From Camelus ferus (lineage: Eukaryota): 64,000 nt of DNA. This document shows positions 11,996 through 26,021 of the stretch, one piece after another. A program made the translations under genes and the position numbers. The notes under the pieces are model-generated. The model was not told the origin of the DNA and made no database searches. It worked only from the letters and a program-made list of their open reading frames with translations. Each line of letters begins with the position of its first letter. The first letter of the stretch is position 1. The DNA lies in contig NC_045698.1 in the NCBI RefSeq assembly GCF_009834535.1, positions 14,944,001-15,008,000 of the forward strand, written 5' to 3'.

Positions 11996-12779
11996 CAAAA
12001 CTTGAGCATTTTATACTGGCAGCTGTAACTCATAGTTCACTTTGTTAATTACACTAGTGAAGATTAAAACATTTAGTCAAGGAAGCAGAGACACTAGGCT
12101 TTCAGACAGACACTAAATAGTCCTATTTTTTTCCTTCAACTTGTTGATACATATGATATTTGGGTACATAGAGTACTGAATTTGGGCATGGAAAATAAAA
12201 TATGCAACCAACTACATAAAACAAAGACCAAAAATGCTGATTCCCTCAAAGGTTAGGTAAAATGTCACTAACACCAACTGGGGTCAAAGCATCCTAGAAG
12301 GGAAAATTATCTGCTATCCTCTGCAAATTACTTTCTAGCAATTGCTTTATTACCCTGGTGCTTCAAATTCATCTCTTCTCCATGGCAGCTAATGAAAAAG
12401 TCTGAAAAATTCTGGGTATCCTGGAATTATTTTGGTGAGCGAGGTTTTCTAAACAAAGAGAGTGTATTATGTATAGATAATGTATATAATAAATCAGTTG
12501 ATATTATGTAAATACATAATATATGATATATAAATATATAATGCATTGCACATACTTTTATTTTATATGGAAATATGTATACTATATATGTCATGTAACC
12601 TATATACATATATGTGTGAAAAAATATAGAATAAAATCACCTAGCTTTGACTAAACAATTTACATCTAGTAAAGATAATAACTTTGTTTTTCCTAAAACA
12701 GTTTAAAATAGGATATAAACATGTTCTGAGTTGGCTAGTTATTTGATTAGTGTATTCTGTGAAAAGGAGCTATAATTCT

Positions 12780-14050
12780 AAATTTTTATTTCTTTTTAAT
12801 TTTATAATGCATAAGAGTATACATAAATTGATAGGGCAAATATTTCTCCAGTTCCTATAGTTTATGCTGACTATGGTTTTATACATTTTGAATACTTCCT
12901 ATTATATCATGTCCTCTCTATTGGTTTATAATTTACATACCTTTTCACAAGCCCAATGCTAGTTGGTACATTCCCTTTTTTCCAGGATAATGCAAGGATC
13001 CTGAAAAATATATACCTAGTTCACACTATTCAATTGACATGTCCTTGTCACTCTGTATTTCAATACTAAATATTTGATCTAATTTCAAAAAGATAATGTT
13101 CGGCAATCATAATTAATTTTGATTTACTGGCGTAGTTACCATTTCCATTGCCCTTCATTCCTTTCATGTTGTTTTATAATCCTGTCCCCATGACCTTCTG
13201 TCTTTCCTGATCTCTACTTTTGTGATTTCCACAGATGCTGGCTTGCTCTCAAGCTTTCATTCAGTTTTTGTTTCCATAACACTTATCTCTTGAATTACTT
13301 GTTTTATTATTAAAATAAAAAAATTCTTCTAAGATATTTCTATGCTCTTTTTATGTTTCAGTCATCTAACAAAAATATTCATTTCGTATCTTATCTCCTC
13401 TATTAACTCCAGTTTCTGAAACGCTTACAGGTCTATTTCTACTTTCTGTTGATCTTGCTGGATGTTATTCATAATTTCTGTTCTCCCAGGTCCTGATCAC
13501 TTTTATAGGATGTGGCAAGTGGATTTAAAACATGTTTTCAAATATTGAATACTAATAAGAATATTTTCCTTCTGATAAAATGTATTTGTTTATTCCAGAT
13601 GTCTCAGTCCATTAGTAAACCAAGATCATGATATTTTAACTTTAAAGGTTAAAGTCATTCAAGGCTAGTTTTTGGTTAAATGCCAGAAAATGTGTGCCTG
13701 GCTCTTTCAGAGTTACAAAAATAAAGGCTTTCAGGGTGGTGATTAGCAGAACAGAGGAAGTCTAATCTCCAAACTTTGTTCCCATATTCCTATGAGACTC
13801 TTAAAAGCACATTTCAGGTTGTCTGCTGCCTCTTCCAAAAAAGGACAGATATACACTAGGGAAAAATAGTTCCAAATGCTAGACTCAGATCTCAGAATAT
13901 GTGTTATTTTCTTCCCTGGGAGGTTGGCCCAGAAATTCTTAGCAATTGTGTTAGCTCTTTGATGCCTACAAGCAGATTTTTAAAATATCTATATTGTCCA
14001 GCTTTCTTAATTGCCTTCAGTAGAAGAATTGGTCTTGATCTGAGTCACCA
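12780..14050 (-). mobile_element. Highly degenerate old L1 fragments
   Basis: T-rich strand with old-L1 motifs (TTTCCATTGCCCTTCATTCC; TTCTGTTGATCTTGCTGG; CTCTTTGATGCCTACAAGCAGATTTT...TCCAGCTTTCTTAATTG). Confidence 0.5.
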
Positions 14051-14696
14051 CTACTATATGTAAAAATCTTACATATTCTTTGTAGGATAAAAAAAATCTG
14101 TCATGTGATTGTATGTAATAATAGGGCAAAGAAAATAAAAGAACTTTGATAAAAATGACTTGAAAAGGAAATTTTATGGAGAGTCTGCTTTTCTTACAAT
14201 TTCTCAAGAGTTTGGCTGCAGTTGAACCATTTTATTTCTTTCACAATAGCCAATAGAGTGTTTTACATGGAATAAATACATTTCATGAAGAAAGGCAAGT
14301 TGAAATATCATATGCTGCCGGTGTTTTAAGATCTTAATGTCGGTTATTATTTTACATGGACAAATACAGCCTATTACCTTTCATTAAAGGTCATGATTTT
14401 TTTCCAATAAAGAAAATGAATTAGAACATGAAAAAAGTAAGAACTTCAGTACTTAAATCAGCTTAACTGAATTTCCTACACAGTTCAGGGAGGAGAAAAA
14501 AAATAGAATTCCAGGGGTTTTCTGAAAGTTCTGGACACCTACTAGCAACATAGGCTTCAGAAATATTATTTGATTAATATTTCTTATAAAAAAGCAAAGA
14601 AAAAAAGGTCATTCAAGATTAGATTAATATATTCTGATTATCTACTTCATGAGTTGTGTGGCTTGGGGTAAATATATTAGAATTAGAAAATTTAAA

Positions 14697-15265
14697 AGGA
14701 CAATCCCACTTCTCGGTATATACTGCATATAATTGAAAATCGGGACTCAAATAGTTGTTTGTAAAACAGTGTTCATAGCAGCATTATTCCTAATAGCCAA
14801 ATGTAAAAAAAAACCCAAATGGCTGTTGATAGATGAATGGCTAAATACAAGTTAGTATAAAAATACAATGGGATATTATTCAGCCTTAAAATGGAATGAA
14901 AGTCCAACACATGCTACAATGGAAATGAGCCTTGAAGATACTGTGCTAAGTGAAATAACACAGATGCAAAAGAAAAATATTGCATGATTCCAATTATATA
15001 AGGCACTTGGAATAGTTAAATTTATAAAGAAATAAGGTAGAATAATAGTTATCAGGGTTTGGGGGAGAGATTATTATGAGTTATTGTTTGACTGGTACAG
15101 ATTTTCAGCATAGGATAATTAAAAAGTTTTAGAGATGGATAAAGATGATGGTTACACAACAATCTTAATGCACTTTATGCTACTGAACTGTACATTTAAA
15201 ACAGTTAAAATGGCAAATTTAATGTAGTGTACCTTCTACCACAATAAAAAATAAAATAAAAATAT
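14697..15265 (+). mobile_element. L1MB-like 3' end with A-rich tail
   Basis: CAATCCCACTTCTCGGTATATA...GTGTTCATAGCAGCATTATTC...GCTACTGAACTGTACATTTAAAACAGTTAAAATGG...CCACAATAAAAAATAAAA. Confidence 0.9.
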
Positions 15266-15269
15266 ATTT

Positions 15270-16115
15270 TTAACACTGCATATCTAATAAAATAGTCAAA
15301 ATCTGGAACACTGACAACAAATGCTGGTGAGGATGTAGGGCAGTTGGACCTCACTCATTGCTGGTGGGAATAAAAAAATAAATAGACACTCTGGGAGATA
15401 GTTTGAAGGTTTCTTACATAACTAAACATACTCTTTGCATATGAGCTCACAATCTTTCTCCTTGGTATTTACTCAAAGAGTTGAAAAATTATATCCACCC
15501 AAAATCCTGCATGGGAGTATTTATAGCAACTTTATTAATAGTTGCCAAAGCTTGGAAGCAACCAAGATGTTCTTTAGTAGGTAAATGTATAAATAAACTG
15601 TGGTACATCCAGGCAATGGAATATTATTCAGCACTAAAACAAATGAGCTTTCATAAAGCTTTTATGAATGAAAAAACAGAGAAAACTTAAATGCTTATTA
15701 TTAAGTGAAGAAGCCAATCTTAAAAGTCACATACTGAGTCCAAACATATCACATTCTGGAAAAGGCAGAACTATCAAAATATTAAAAAGCAAAATTAAGG
15801 ATTGCCAGGGATTCAATAATAAGAATGAACAGGCAGAACACAGAGGATTTATAGGACAGTGAAAATAATTCCTCAGTCACCAAATTATGGAAATATGTCA
15901 TTATACATTTGTCCAAACCTATGGAATATACAACAGCAAGATTCAACCACAATGTAAACTATGGACTTTCAATGATTAAGGTACGTCATGTGGGTTCACA
16001 AATAGTAAAAACTGTACCACTGATGGGGGATGTTGATAATAGTGGAGGAGAGGGATATGGAAAATCACTGTAGCTTCCTTTTATGCTGTGAACTTAAACC
16101 TGCTTTAAAAAATTA
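15270..16115 (+). mobile_element. L1MC1-like 3' end
   Basis: TGGAAGCAACCAAGATGTTCTTTAGTAGG; TATACATTTGTCCAAACC; AATGTAAACTATGGACTT; GGGGGATGTTGATAAT; GCTGTGAACTTAAACCTGCT. ORF 15481..15690 is the L1 ORF2 C-terminal remnant. Confidence 0.88.
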
Positions 16116-16608
16116 AGAAAACATTTTCTCCCCCACTTGGTCTGGAGACTGTAGTAAATAACTTTTTCCAATAAAAATGACAACTGCACCCATGACATAT
16201 ATTTGAGGAAAATAGAGACAGTGTTCCTAACATTAAGGAGCTCACAATCAAGTTAATATTTTGTGTAATATCCAGTGAATTTGTCTTTAATTTGTTTTGC
16301 CTAAGATTGTATCATTACATTGGAAAATACTTCTTGTAAGTGTCTTATAATATTTTTAAAAGGATAAACACACGCACACATATGCTATGTTTGCATATCT
16401 GTGAGTTTATGTATATTTATACTTTTGGCTATGAATTTATCCACCAAGAAAGATTGATTCAAGAATATAATCTGAGCAATTCAAATTAGCATTTTCCTAC
16501 AATTGTGTGAATCAATATAAAAAAAAATCCTTTAAACATTCAATAAGGAAACCTAGCACAGTTGCATTTTCACTTACAGATGTAATCACGTAGTATATGG
16601 CTATCCTT

Positions 16609-16780
16609 ACAGTATTGGCTCAAATCACAAGGTGCCTGGACCAGAAGCAGCATCACTTAAACCTGGGAACTTGTTAGAAATGCAGTTTCTCTGGCCTCAC
16701 TCCAAACTATTGAATCAGAATCTCTGGTTAGAGCCCAGCAATCTGATGATTTTTCACTGAATATATTTTGAGAAATACTG
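16609..16780. mobile_element. MER5A-like hAT-Charlie MITE
   Basis: CCTGGACCAGAAGCAGCATC...CCTGGGAACTTGTTAGAAATGCAG...TGAATCAGAATCTCTGG...GCCCAGCAATCTG...TTTGAGAAATACTGC. Confidence 0.88.
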
Positions 16781-17234
16781 CCATCCACTTTCAAAAAAAA
16801 GAATAAGTACATCAAACTGTTTATTACAGAAAGAAAATCAACATATATCAATAAATTAATTTCAGAGTGCATTTTATTTGAGAAACAAAGCATTATTTCA
16901 TCCACTACCCTAATACAACATTACAGGAAGAGATTCTGACACATATCACCTTCTTAGATATATTGGAAACTTAGTATCAAATTATGTCTTTCTCTAAAAA
17001 TAAAAAGGAATTTGAGATGTTGATGAGGATAAAATAATTTGGGGTGATATATCCACACATCAAAATTATGCTTTTCATTTGTATATATTAAAATGCAAGA
17101 CTGAAAATTGTGTAATGTAATAGAAGCTGTCAGCTGTATTTCTAAAGTAGCAAATTGTTTACAAAAGTGACTGAATTCAAATATGCATGTGTTGCATAAT
17201 GTTCTTGTAAGAAAAAAAAATCAGAGTTGCTTAA

Positions 17235-17425
17235 TGGGAAAGGCATTAGACTGGCTCTCGGGCACATGGCCAGATGGTGTTTCCTGCTGTGCCACTTACC
17301 AGGTTACAGGTTTAAGCAGGTCACCTACACTGGAACTTCTATGTGATTAGACTATCACTATAAAATCAAGTAATTACACAATGCACAGATTTTTATTTAA
17401 CACAAAATATTTGAGGAGATAGGAT
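17235..17425 (+). mobile_element. MIR SINE (degenerate)
   Basis: GGAAAGGCATTAGACTGG...CCTGCTGTGCCACTTACCAG...GCAGGTCACCTA...CTATAAAATC. Confidence 0.6.
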
Positions 17426-18429
17426 TTTAGGTTAAAGAGAGTGATAACACCAAAAGGCACGCTGTATGGCCCAGTTTAAAGTCAAGGATTATCTGGAAGA
17501 GGAGACTACTTGGATTAGCATCCCTAATGCTGCTAGATCTTAGAAAGCTAAAAACATAGAAGGGCATAGGCAGATAGTAAAAATTAAAACAAACCAAAAA
17601 AAAGCAAGATAGAAAGAAGGAAAGAAAAAAAGAAAACAGGGAAGACATTTAAGGCACTGAGTGTTACTGAGAAGAGTCATGCCAAGTTATTCAGGACATA
17701 GTGGCAACTCCAAATGAAAACAAATATGGGCCAATTAATTGAAAGTAGTGACTGGGCTGATAAAAATGGAAATTTCTGTAAGGGTAAATAGACTGGCAAC
17801 TGTATGCAATAGAGGAAATCAGTCATTAAGCTTTTGAAATGTAGAAACTCAGATACCCCCCAAAAAAACTTAATTTTCTGTAACTGAGTTATTCTTACTC
17901 ATCTATCCCATCCATCTGAAGGCAGAAGAAACCTAAAGCATATATTTAGGATAATAATTCTTCTGGTTTAAAATGAACTTCACTTAATTTATGGTTCTGT
18001 AAGTAAGTATTTAGTCAAACATAGCTCAAATTTTCTATCAAGACCAATTCTTCTCACTCATCTCCCTAAGAAGGCATCTGGGTGAAGCCTTAACATAACT
18101 GCTTAGTGACGTTGGGTCATTATGTTGTTCTTTGTGGTCTACTAGTCTCAGGTTTAAGAAGATACTAATGTAAGATTGTCTGGTCCCTAAGTGTCCGGGA
18201 TCCATGCCCACTGAAACATTATTTGTCCTACCAAGTTGCTTTCTTTTTTTTTACGTCTCTACCCATGTATAATATTTCAGGTCTATACCTACCTGCATGC
18301 AGTGGCCCACTGTGATTTTCTTATTCTTATCCCAGGACTTTTCTGATTAACTGGTTGGTTCACTGTTTCTGCATTCTCATATTGGGTACTTAATTCATAT
18401 GCTGCCCGAGTGAGCAAGGCCAATACTTT

Positions 18430-18870
18430 CAGTCCATCATTTGTTGTCTCCCTAGATTCTTTCCTCATCTGACATCTTTGAACTGTTTCCGCTAGGTTCC
18501 CTTTCCATGTATTTTCATGTTGTGGTCAGCCAGTGAGATGCATCAGCAAGAGATCAGAATGTAGGAGGCAAGGGAGTTGGCATAATTGCCTCTTCCCCTC
18601 CCCCCCCCGCCTACTCAAGGTTTGGCCAGTGGCTGTATTTTTCTATAGCAGCAGCCCCTCTTGGAGGCTCCACTTTAACCTTTCTATTGTCCCCTGACTT
18701 TTGTCACAGGTTTTCCATCCTTGCATCTTAAACCCAGAGGTGGTAATGGCTCCCTCTTATTGGTCTCTGGTACTTCACTTCCTTGTTTGGTTCCCTTAAA
18801 CTTCATGAAATTCCCAAAATTCTCTTTAGTTTTCCCATCACTTTGATGTCAAGAACTTGACTAGTTAATT
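18430..18870 (+). mobile_element. LTR33-like ERVL LTR
   Basis: CAGCCAGTGAGATGCATCAGCAAGAGATCAGA; GTTTGGCCAGTGGCTGTATT; CCCAGAGGTGGTAATGGCTCCC; TTGGTTCCCTTAAAC. Confidence 0.7.
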
Positions 18871-19549
18871 TTGTTAATCATCTTTCAATGCCATCAACCA
18901 GCCATGAAGTATTACATAGCTTCAATAAGATGTCTGCTTTAATGAGCATTCACTAACTTCAGGTTATTCTTGGGGGAAAAAAAGAAGTAATCTACACTAA
19001 TTGGAAGGCCATTCAAACATATACAGTGTATTTACCATGCTTGTTCTCTTATAAGGAATTTTCACCGAAGGAGAAATCTAGGATCATAAGCTCTAAATTC
19101 TCCTGCTTCTCTGCCCCATGCTCCCTTCTCCCTCCCCTACGCACTTCCTCTTTCAAATTTCCTCTCTTCCTCTTAATAGAATATCCTCTTAACACATTGT
19201 TTGTAGACATCAGTCTTCTGCTTCTCTATGACAAATAAGATAAAAGGTCATCAAGAAGGGAAAAAAAAAGAAAGGAGAAATCCCAGTGAAAAGACAAAAC
19301 ATTGTGTTATACATTTTTTAAAGTCAGAAGATACAAATTTTGAGATCTAACATTCATAAAAGGGAGGCAGAATGTATTGTCTTGGCTGGGTCATTATAGG
19401 AAAAATTAAAATTGTACTTGACAAGACTAAGGAATTATAAGATCAGAATGTCATATATATGTAAATATAGGTTATAAAAAGTAAGAAAAGAAAAAATGTA
19501 AGCCAGGTAATGAATTTCCAAAAGAAATTGGGATATTGTGGAGATTTAA

Positions 19550-19840
19550 AAAATATGACAGCTTTGATGAGATACATACAATTCATACTATTTTATACAG
19601 ATATACAGATGTAATTCATATATACCATGCAGTTCACCCATTTGAAATGTACCGTTCAATTGTTTTATTATACTTACAAATTTGTGTAATTACCATGCTA
19701 ATTCCAGAACACCGTCATCATTTCATAAGGAAACTCCTTACCTATTAGCAATTACCCTGTAATTTCTCAAGTCTTCCAAGCCCAGGCAACCACTAATATA
19801 TGAGTCTATATATTTGCTTATTCTGTACATTTCATAAAAG
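19550..19840 (-). mobile_element. L1MB-like 3' end
   Basis: ACAGCTTTGATGAGATA...TTCACCCATTTGAAATGTAC...CCCAGGCAACCACTAAT...TATTCTGTACATTTCATA. Confidence 0.8.
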
Positions 19841-21079
19841 CAGGTAGCTTCCTTCCTTTACCACTATGGATAGACACTATGGTGATACGATGTTATTTAT
19901 ACATACTGATTAATATTTACTGCATGTGAAGCAAAGAGTGTGACTAGGAATAAAGTAGAGCATAAGCGTAAGTGAATACATTCACTGAAAATATTCTAAA
20001 TAGAATATGTTTTGATTTTCTTATTTCCATTAGAATAGATTCAAGTTATGCTACCAGTAATTCAATAGTTCAGTCATGTTTATATAGATGTTATTTTTCC
20101 ATATTCTTCTACTTCTGCCATTTAGCTTCAATTATATATTCATATGAATTGCATATTTTATATATATATACGTACATAAACTCTTATTTGGAGGACTTAT
20201 GTTTCTAACTCATAAAGCAAAGTCTGGCAGAGACTCAGTAAGTGCTCCGTTTAGGTGTTTTTTTTTTCTAACAATCAGTTTTGCAATTAAAGAATTGTGT
20301 GCTGAATTTTTGCTGTCTGTCTGTTAGTATTTACATATTTCTTGGTCTCTGTCGCGATCTACTTCACCATTGTTTGACACGGATGAAAAAATAAATGGAA
20401 GAAAAAATAAATAGTTATTCTCAGATACAAATGTAAGGAATATGCAAGGTATCTCTTTATGAGATTTTTCTACAGCACTGAACAGTTTTGAGTCTACTAC
20501 CTGGTATGAATGTGATCAGCAAAATCCAGTCTGAGCAGATCAGTCTTTGCTTTAAACTGTTTTCAAGCATACATTTAAAAATTTAAGGTTTCTTTCCAAA
20601 TTATTGATTTGTTAGTGTTCTTTCTTTAGTTCTTATTCTCATCTCAGAGAATTTAATCTTCATGTCTCATCAACCTCTTTGAATATGATACCACTGTAGT
20701 ACAGATTTCAATTTTTAAACCAATAATTGACACTAGTAATATCCATTAAAGTAGAATATATTTTTCACTGATATTTTGGGAAAACAAATTTCATGGCAAT
20801 TTCCTGTGTTAAGTTAATTTTGCACATGTGACAAGTAGATACATTGAGAAGACCAAACGCAAGTCTGTCCAGCTTGCTCCCATAAAAACTTGTGAGTTGC
20901 CTATGTTTGGTTGGACATTTAATACTAAGGGCTATGGGTTAAAGAACGTGGGAAAAATAGTCTTTACCTTGGAAGTGCTTACTGTGCTTCAGGAGTGCCT
21001 GATACTTAAACAATTGTTACCATAATATGGTGAAGAACATTCATAAGCTGTTATTTAAGCATAAAAGAGGTTATCTCCA

Positions 21080-21410
21080 TCTTTTTTTCCTAGCACATAA
21101 TATAGTGATTCAATATTTCTATACAGTTCAAAATAACCACCATGGTAAATCCAGTTACCATCTGTTACCATACAAAGGTACTACATAGTTATTGACTATG
21201 TTTCCCGCACTGAACATTTCATACCCGTGACTCATTTATTGTATAGCTAGAGTTTCTATTTCCTAATATCCCTCACTTATTTCTCTCATCCTCCCGGTCC
21301 CCTTCCACCTGTTTGTTCTCTGTGCGTATGATTCTTTGTTATGTTTGTTCATTTGCTTTGTTTTTTTAGATTCAACATGTTAGTGAAATCATACAGTATT
21401 TGTCTTTCTC
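21080..21410 (-). mobile_element. Laurasiatherian-type L1 3' end
   Basis: AGTGATTCAATATTTCTATAC...AGTTACCATCTGTTACCATACAAAG...TTTTAGATTCAACATGTTAGTGAAATCATACAGTATTTGTCTTTCTCT. Confidence 0.85.
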
Positions 21411-22059
21411 TAAAGCATCTCTGTTTTATCTGTGCAATTAAAAAAGGACTTTCAAGTAATAATTTGTGACCTGTGTTTTGAAATATAGGTAATAATTAAT
21501 AAGGTGAATAAAGGTGGGAAAGACATTTTTTTTTTCTGACAGAAAAATAAGAATGAATAGAAAAACAGAATTGAAAAATAGCACAATGCAGGTGGGAGAT
21601 TACCCTGTTTGTTAATGACCATTGAAATCTAATTTAAAAAGTGAAAGATAACCTGATTCTGGCTTGAATTTAGTCTTTCTGAAACTCAATTTTCCTTGAT
21701 ATTTTAATTTGTAATATTAGTGTTTTTTTCCTTCTAACTCTAGAGTTATTTTGTCATAAATAGATAAACAATGTGGACCTATTTATTCACTGGAGAATCT
21801 CCACTTACATGTTAGTTGTTAATATCACAACTGTTTCTAGGGCATGAAGTGTTAATGCCATACATAAAATTAGTGGTTTTCTACATGATATATATCATTC
21901 TCCTATATAACTGTTATAAATTGTAATTAAAGTCTCAGACTACTCTATAAGGTAGTTGAAATATTTTACGTGTAAAAGGAAAATTTGATACAATATTTAT
22001 TAATACCTGCTGCCCGCCATTTTTATAGGGACAGTGGGTATTTCTAAAATACTTACCCA

Positions 22060-22347
22060 CATGAAGCTTACCTATTCATAAGTGAGAAGGGCAGATAATA
22101 GAATAATAACTTAAATAGTAGGTTAATGTAGAAAATGTCATGGAGAATTAAATTTTTTTTAAAAGGAAACGCTAGGGGAGGTGGTTCAGTTTTGAATGGG
22201 AAGGACATGGAGATCCTCATGGAAAAGTGATTTTTATGCAGAAATTTGAAAGCTATGAATAGGAAAACTTTATGTTTCTGAATCAAGGACATTCCAGAGC
22301 AGAGGCTCTGAGGCAGAAATGAGTGAGGCGTGTTTGAGGAACAGTCC
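22060..22347 (-). mobile_element. L2a-like fragment
   Basis: CATGAAGCTTACCTATTC...GGACATTCCAGAGCAGAGG...CTGAGGCAGAAATGAG...GGCGTGTTTGAGGAACAG. Confidence 0.7.
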
Positions 22348-23249
22348 TGAGGCCCACATGCCGTCCCCACTGCACATAGGAACTCGTTCAGTTGTTCTGA
22401 AGGTGCTGGTCCACAAAGGCTCCAGTGGAGGAAGTCTGCCATAGCTGCCTGGGGCTTGACTCAAGTCTGAGGCCTGCCTGGGAAATCATGAAACCCCTGG
22501 GAATGGATTCAGGGTTCAACCCTGCCTCCAGCCAGGGGCCACAGCAGTGATTGTGCCCCTCCAGAGCAAGCCCAGAAGACTGCTACGCCTAGATCCTGTC
22601 CCTCTGCTCACAGGTGCCGAGCGTGCCCTCTGGGCTAGTGGAGAAGGCTGCTATGGCTGGGCTGTGTCTTGCCCCTCTTTCTGTGTGCACTAACAATGGA
22701 GATTTGCATGGTGGACCCAGGTTGTTTTGCACACACTTCCACACTCAGCCTGCACCACATTCCAGCCGCCTGAGGCTGCCTCTGTGCAGTCAACCCCAGT
22801 CCCCTCCCTAGATCCATTCCCTGAAGCCTAAGCTCCAGCACCCAGTCCTGGCCTATACCCACTGGCTCACATCTCAAGCTAGCAGGGACCCTCTGCGCCA
22901 GTTTCTCTCTGTTCTGTTTGCCAAGTGGCTGCTGCTTTCTCCTCCAAGTCTCTGAAGCTCCTTCTCTGTCCCAGCGGACCTCCCCTGTGGAGAGGGGGCT
23001 TCCTAGGGTCAGGGCACTTTTCCTCTTTCGCTGCTTCCTCCCTGGGGGACAGGTACCTCCCTGATAACTTTTTTTTTCCCCTCCTATCCAGTTTTGTGAG
23101 GATTTTCTTTGTAGTCCCAATTATAAGAGATAGTCTGAAAATTCAGTAGATACTCTTTGAGAATTGTTCCGTATGTAGATGTAATTTTTGATGTATTCAC
23201 GGGAGAGGGTGAGCTCTGAGTCCTTCTACTCCACCATCTCGAAGCCCCC
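22348..23249 (-). mobile_element. Isolated L1 5'UTR (promoter region) fragment, laurasiatherian type
   Basis: The minus strand begins GGGGGCTTCGAGATGGTGGAGTAGAAGGACTCAGAGCTCACCCTCTCCCGTGAATACATCAAAAATTACATCTACATACGGAACAATTCTC. This is the characteristic L1 5' start with a YY1-like AGATGG motif. It is a GC-rich island in an AT-rich window. Confidence 0.8.
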
Positions 23250-24659
23250 TCATTTTTGATTCATTTCTCACCTTTGCACCTGGGAGCTTTTGGAAAGCAA
23301 GGAGAGATATTAAATAGGCCACACAATGAACAATTATACAGCTAACATCTATTTATTGTATAGTAGTAAAAATAAAGAAATATCCAAAGACTGCATTGTC
23401 TCTGTTTAGGAGAATCAAGGATAAAAACAAAGAGAACACATTACTGGGACTGAGTAATTGAATAAAGTTAAACAATTTGTGGAATCACAACCACAATATG
23501 TTTGCAGTATGCACACACACATATACATCTGTGAATCTACCCATGCTGTGTGTGTGTGTGTGCATGTGTGTGTGTGTGATTACTGCAGAAGTCAGCAATC
23601 CTTAATAAAATTGTACTAAAATTTAATTCTGACAAAATTCAGTGTTGCCAAGACATAAGGGTAAAACTCAATTCTATCACTTTTTAGGTATGAGTGTTGA
23701 GTTATGGTAATAATAATGAATAACTTCCTCAAAGAATTGCTGTAATGAGAAAATGAGTTAGTATTACTAAAGTACTTAGAATAGTAACTGAGAAGAATAA
23801 ATGCCATATGTATTCTTAAATATGTTTATTTAACATATTTATTCTTAAATATGCTTATTTAATATTTGACTGTTTATTATTAACATATCAGTTAATGTTT
23901 TTAAATGACATTTATTGAGCATTCTTTTGTTGGACCTAAGGAATATGATTGTATGTTGAAAGGTAATTTAGAAATTGATATTTTGATGTTGAAGTACAAA
24001 ATGAATAATCGGTTTTATTTTTATTTTGTCCTTTCAATATCATTATTTAATCTTCTATGAATTGATAAGTAATGTTTTCAAAAAATAAGTTGTGTCTCAA
24101 TATGTATAGATTTATTTAAATGTTAATTTGAGCATTTGGAAGGTCAAAATTATATTTTCCATTTACTGATACTGCACACTAACGTCTTGGAAGAAACGAG
24201 CTCAATTAAGCAAAAGTGTTTGACATTTTAAAATGTTAACCTATGTGCTTTATTGTCCAATATAATGAATAGATTGCCAAAACACTCAGTCAGTTTTGAA
24301 TTATTTTATAAGAAAGAGCACAGCATGAATGACAATATTTTCCTTGAAATTTATAAAGCCTAAGGCAATTAAACCAATCCATTTTATTATAGCTAAAACT
24401 GAGATAACCTGTTACTTCTAAGAAGTAGAAATAAATTTATCCTGAAACAAAGTTTAATTGTTTTTAGAAGGTGGAAGCCAAATTTAGTTGGGGGCTGATT
24501 ATTCTGATTCAAATGTCCTTTTTCTCAAAACAACATATATTTATAAAGAAGAAATAGAAAACTCTATTTAATACATTAAAATTTGTCTATAATCTGGCTA
24601 TAGCAAGCTCTATTTATATATGAGTTATTAAAATATGATAAATAAAACTTCACAGATAA

Positions 24660-25860
24660 TTATTTTTAAGAGTTTCAAAGAGTTATAGTTAATATATAAA
24701 GAACTCAAATAGTTAATCTGTATGATTTGGTGAGTTTGGACATAGGCAAACATCTATGATCTCATTGCCACATTCTTGGTAATCCACAAACCCAACCCCC
24801 AATTTTCCTTGTATCCCTTTGATTTTGTTGTTTTGTGTTTTGTTTTTGTCTTAAAGTGCATAATACTGTATTTTAACTACAAACACTATGTTGTACAGCA
24901 GGTATTTAGGAAATTACTCACCTAGCATAATGAAAACTTCATAGCCACTAAACAGTTTCCCATTTCCTCCCCTCCCTGCAACCACTATTGCATTATCTGC
25001 TTCTGCGAGTTTGATTATTTTAGATATCTCATGTAAGTGGAATCATGTAGTACCCTTTTTTTAGTTTCTATGACCAGCTTCTTTCACTTAACGTAAAGTC
25101 CTTCAGGTTCATCCATGTTTTTGCAAATGGCAGAATAGGCAAAATATCCTTTTTTTTTTTAAGAATGAAAATAGCCATTGTATGTATCTACCACATCTTC
25201 TTTACTTTTTATCTGTTGATGGACAATTGCCTCTAATAAAACTTCATATAAATGGAGTATAGAAATTTTTATGTACAGAATCTTTCATTACATTTTTAGA
25301 GAATTACTCATGTTGTTGCACATAACAGAAATGTGTTCCTTTTTACTGCTGAGTAGTGTTCATTGTTGTTAATATACCACCTTTGTGTATCTTAGTCATA
25401 CTTCCAAATACTGGAAACATCCCAGGTGCCCATCAAAAGGTATGACTAAGATTAACATGAATATTCTTGTACAGATATTTGTAGGATGGGACTTATGTTT
25501 CATAAACACTTATGAGTGAGAGTACTTTATCATAGGTAGGTGTAGCTTTAACTTTCTAAGTAATGGCTGAACTATTTCAGAGAGTACTTTAACAAATTTA
25601 CACTCCCATAAGCAATCTATCATAGTGCAAGTATCTTTCACATTCTTGTTAACATTTAATATTGTCTTCCTTTTCCACTTTAGTCATGCTATTGGACATG
25701 TAGTGTTAGCCTAATATGGCTTTAATTCATATTTACTTGAAGAATGATGTTAATTCTCTTTTTATATAATTATTAGCAATCTATATATCTTATCTTATGA
25801 AGTATCTCGTTGAATTTTGGCCCATTTTTAGTGAGAGGTTTATTTTCAAAAATGATTTTA
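24660..25860 (-). mobile_element. L1MB-like 3' end (24660-25228) followed by older L1 fragments
   Basis: TATGATTTGGTGAGTTTGGACATAG; CACTATGTTGTACAGCAG; TTTAGATATCTCATGTAAGTGGAATCATG; CTTTTTACTGCTGAGTAGT; TTACACTCCCATAAGCAAT. Confidence 0.8.
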
Positions 25861-26021
25861 CCCACATAAACACAAACACAAGAATATATCTGTAAAATAT
25901 TCACTTTTTCCTTAAGAATATGTTATCTACGTGTGTTACAAATACTATTTCTATATGCATGTTTAAATGAGACTATATTTGCATATATATAAGATTATTA
26001 TTTGTATAAATTTGTCATTTA

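Noticed and set aside
22635..23120. 161-aa ORF (longest in the window) and overlapping ORFs at 22068-23149
   Set aside because: They lie in GC-rich L1 5'UTR or L2 sequence where stops are rarer, and I recognise no homology.
23811..23867. Imperfect ~29-bp tandem duplication (similar small duplications near 2557, 32532 and 41248)
   Set aside because: Ordinary slippage in AT-rich DNA with no further structure.
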